64,000 nt of DNA from Squalus acanthias (Eukaryota), in the NCBI GenBank assembly GCA_030390025.1, contig CM059432.1, positions 23,500,001 through 23,564,000 on the forward strand, written 5' to 3'. Positions 63,180 to 64,000 of this stretch are shown here, one piece after another. A model generated the notes under the pieces. It was given only the letters and a program-made list of their open reading frames with translations. It ran no database searches and was not told the origin of the DNA. Every line of letters starts with the position of its first letter. Position 1 is the stretch's first letter. The position numbers and the translations under genes were made by a program.

Positions 63180-63560
63180 TACATAGGATTACATAGGATA
63201 TACGGCACAGAAATAGGCCATTCGGCCCAACCAGTCCATGCCGGTGTTTATGCTCCACACGAGCCTCCTCCCGTCTTTCTTCATCTAAATCTATCAGCAT
63301 AACCCTCAATTCCCTTTTCCCTCATATGCTTGTCCAGTCTCCCCTTAAATGCATCTATACTATTTGCTTCAACCACTCCCTGTGGTAGCGAGTTCCACAT
63401 TCTCACCACTCTTTGGGTAAAGAAGTTTCTTCTGAATTCCCTATTGGATGTCTTGGTGACTATCTTATATTGATGGCCTCTAGTTATGCTCTTCCCCACA
63501 AGTGGAAACATTCTCTCTGTATCCACTCTATCAAAATTTTTCATAATTTTAAAGACCTAT
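63180..63560 (-). mobile_element. CR1 3' fragment
   Basis: ORF 63281-63544 FFTQRVVRMWNSLPQGVVEA. Confidence 0.9.
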
Positions 63561-63662
63561 CTCGGTCAATCCTAGATTATGTAGTCAAGTGCTGGAGTGG
63601 AGTTAGAACTCACAATTTTTTGACTCTGAGAAGACAGTGCTATCAACTCAGCCAAACTTACA

Positions 63663-64000
63663 GGGGGTAAATTTAACCTCCCAAAATGGTTGGGTTAGAT
63701 GTAATTTTTTTTTCAAATCTCAAACCTGACCCCAACCCACCTCTAACCCGCCCACTTCCGGGTTTAACGGAGGCGGGATAAGTGCTGAGCAGCCAACCCG
63801 CTCCCAGGGGGCGGGTTGGCCATTGAAATATTAAATAGTGAGGCTGGGAGCCTCAAATTTAACCTGTCTTAATCTGGCTGGCTAGTTTTTCCGGGCCTCG
63901 GGAAACTCGGCAGCTCAAGGGAGGCGAAGACAGCTTCGGGGAAGAGGTAAGTGCTTTACAGCACTGCTATGGGCCAGGAGGAGCAGGAGTGTGTCCTCCC
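63663..64000. mobile_element. Harbinger-type MITE, cut by the window end
   Basis: GGGGGTAAATTTAAC start; TGGGCCAGGAGGAGCAGGAG family motif. Confidence 0.7.

Overview
Eukaryotic, transposon-dominated window, most likely intronic or intergenic DNA of a shark (chondrichthyan). The taxon is inferred from the repeat families: CR1 LINEs, a SacSINE1-like Deu-SINE and shark-type Penelope repeats. No intact host protein-coding gene is recognisable; every ORF I could assign to a protein family is a decayed TE product. Contents: many CR1 and L2 LINE fragments; a second CR1-group LINE with a partner tRNA-SINE; two near full-length, degenerate two-gene PIF/Harbinger transposons (transposase plus a convergent three-exon Myb/SANT gene); several Harbinger-type MITEs with 3-bp TSDs; a young hAT MITE (8-bp TSD); a Tx1 retroelement 3' end (15-bp TSD); a Vingi-like LINE (13-bp TSD); two Penelope remnants with minimal hammerhead ribozymes; a probable solo LTR; and a three-level nested insertion. 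A few TE-free stretches may be conserved non-coding elements or small exons, at low confidence. I found no convincing new biological system beyond these TE observations.
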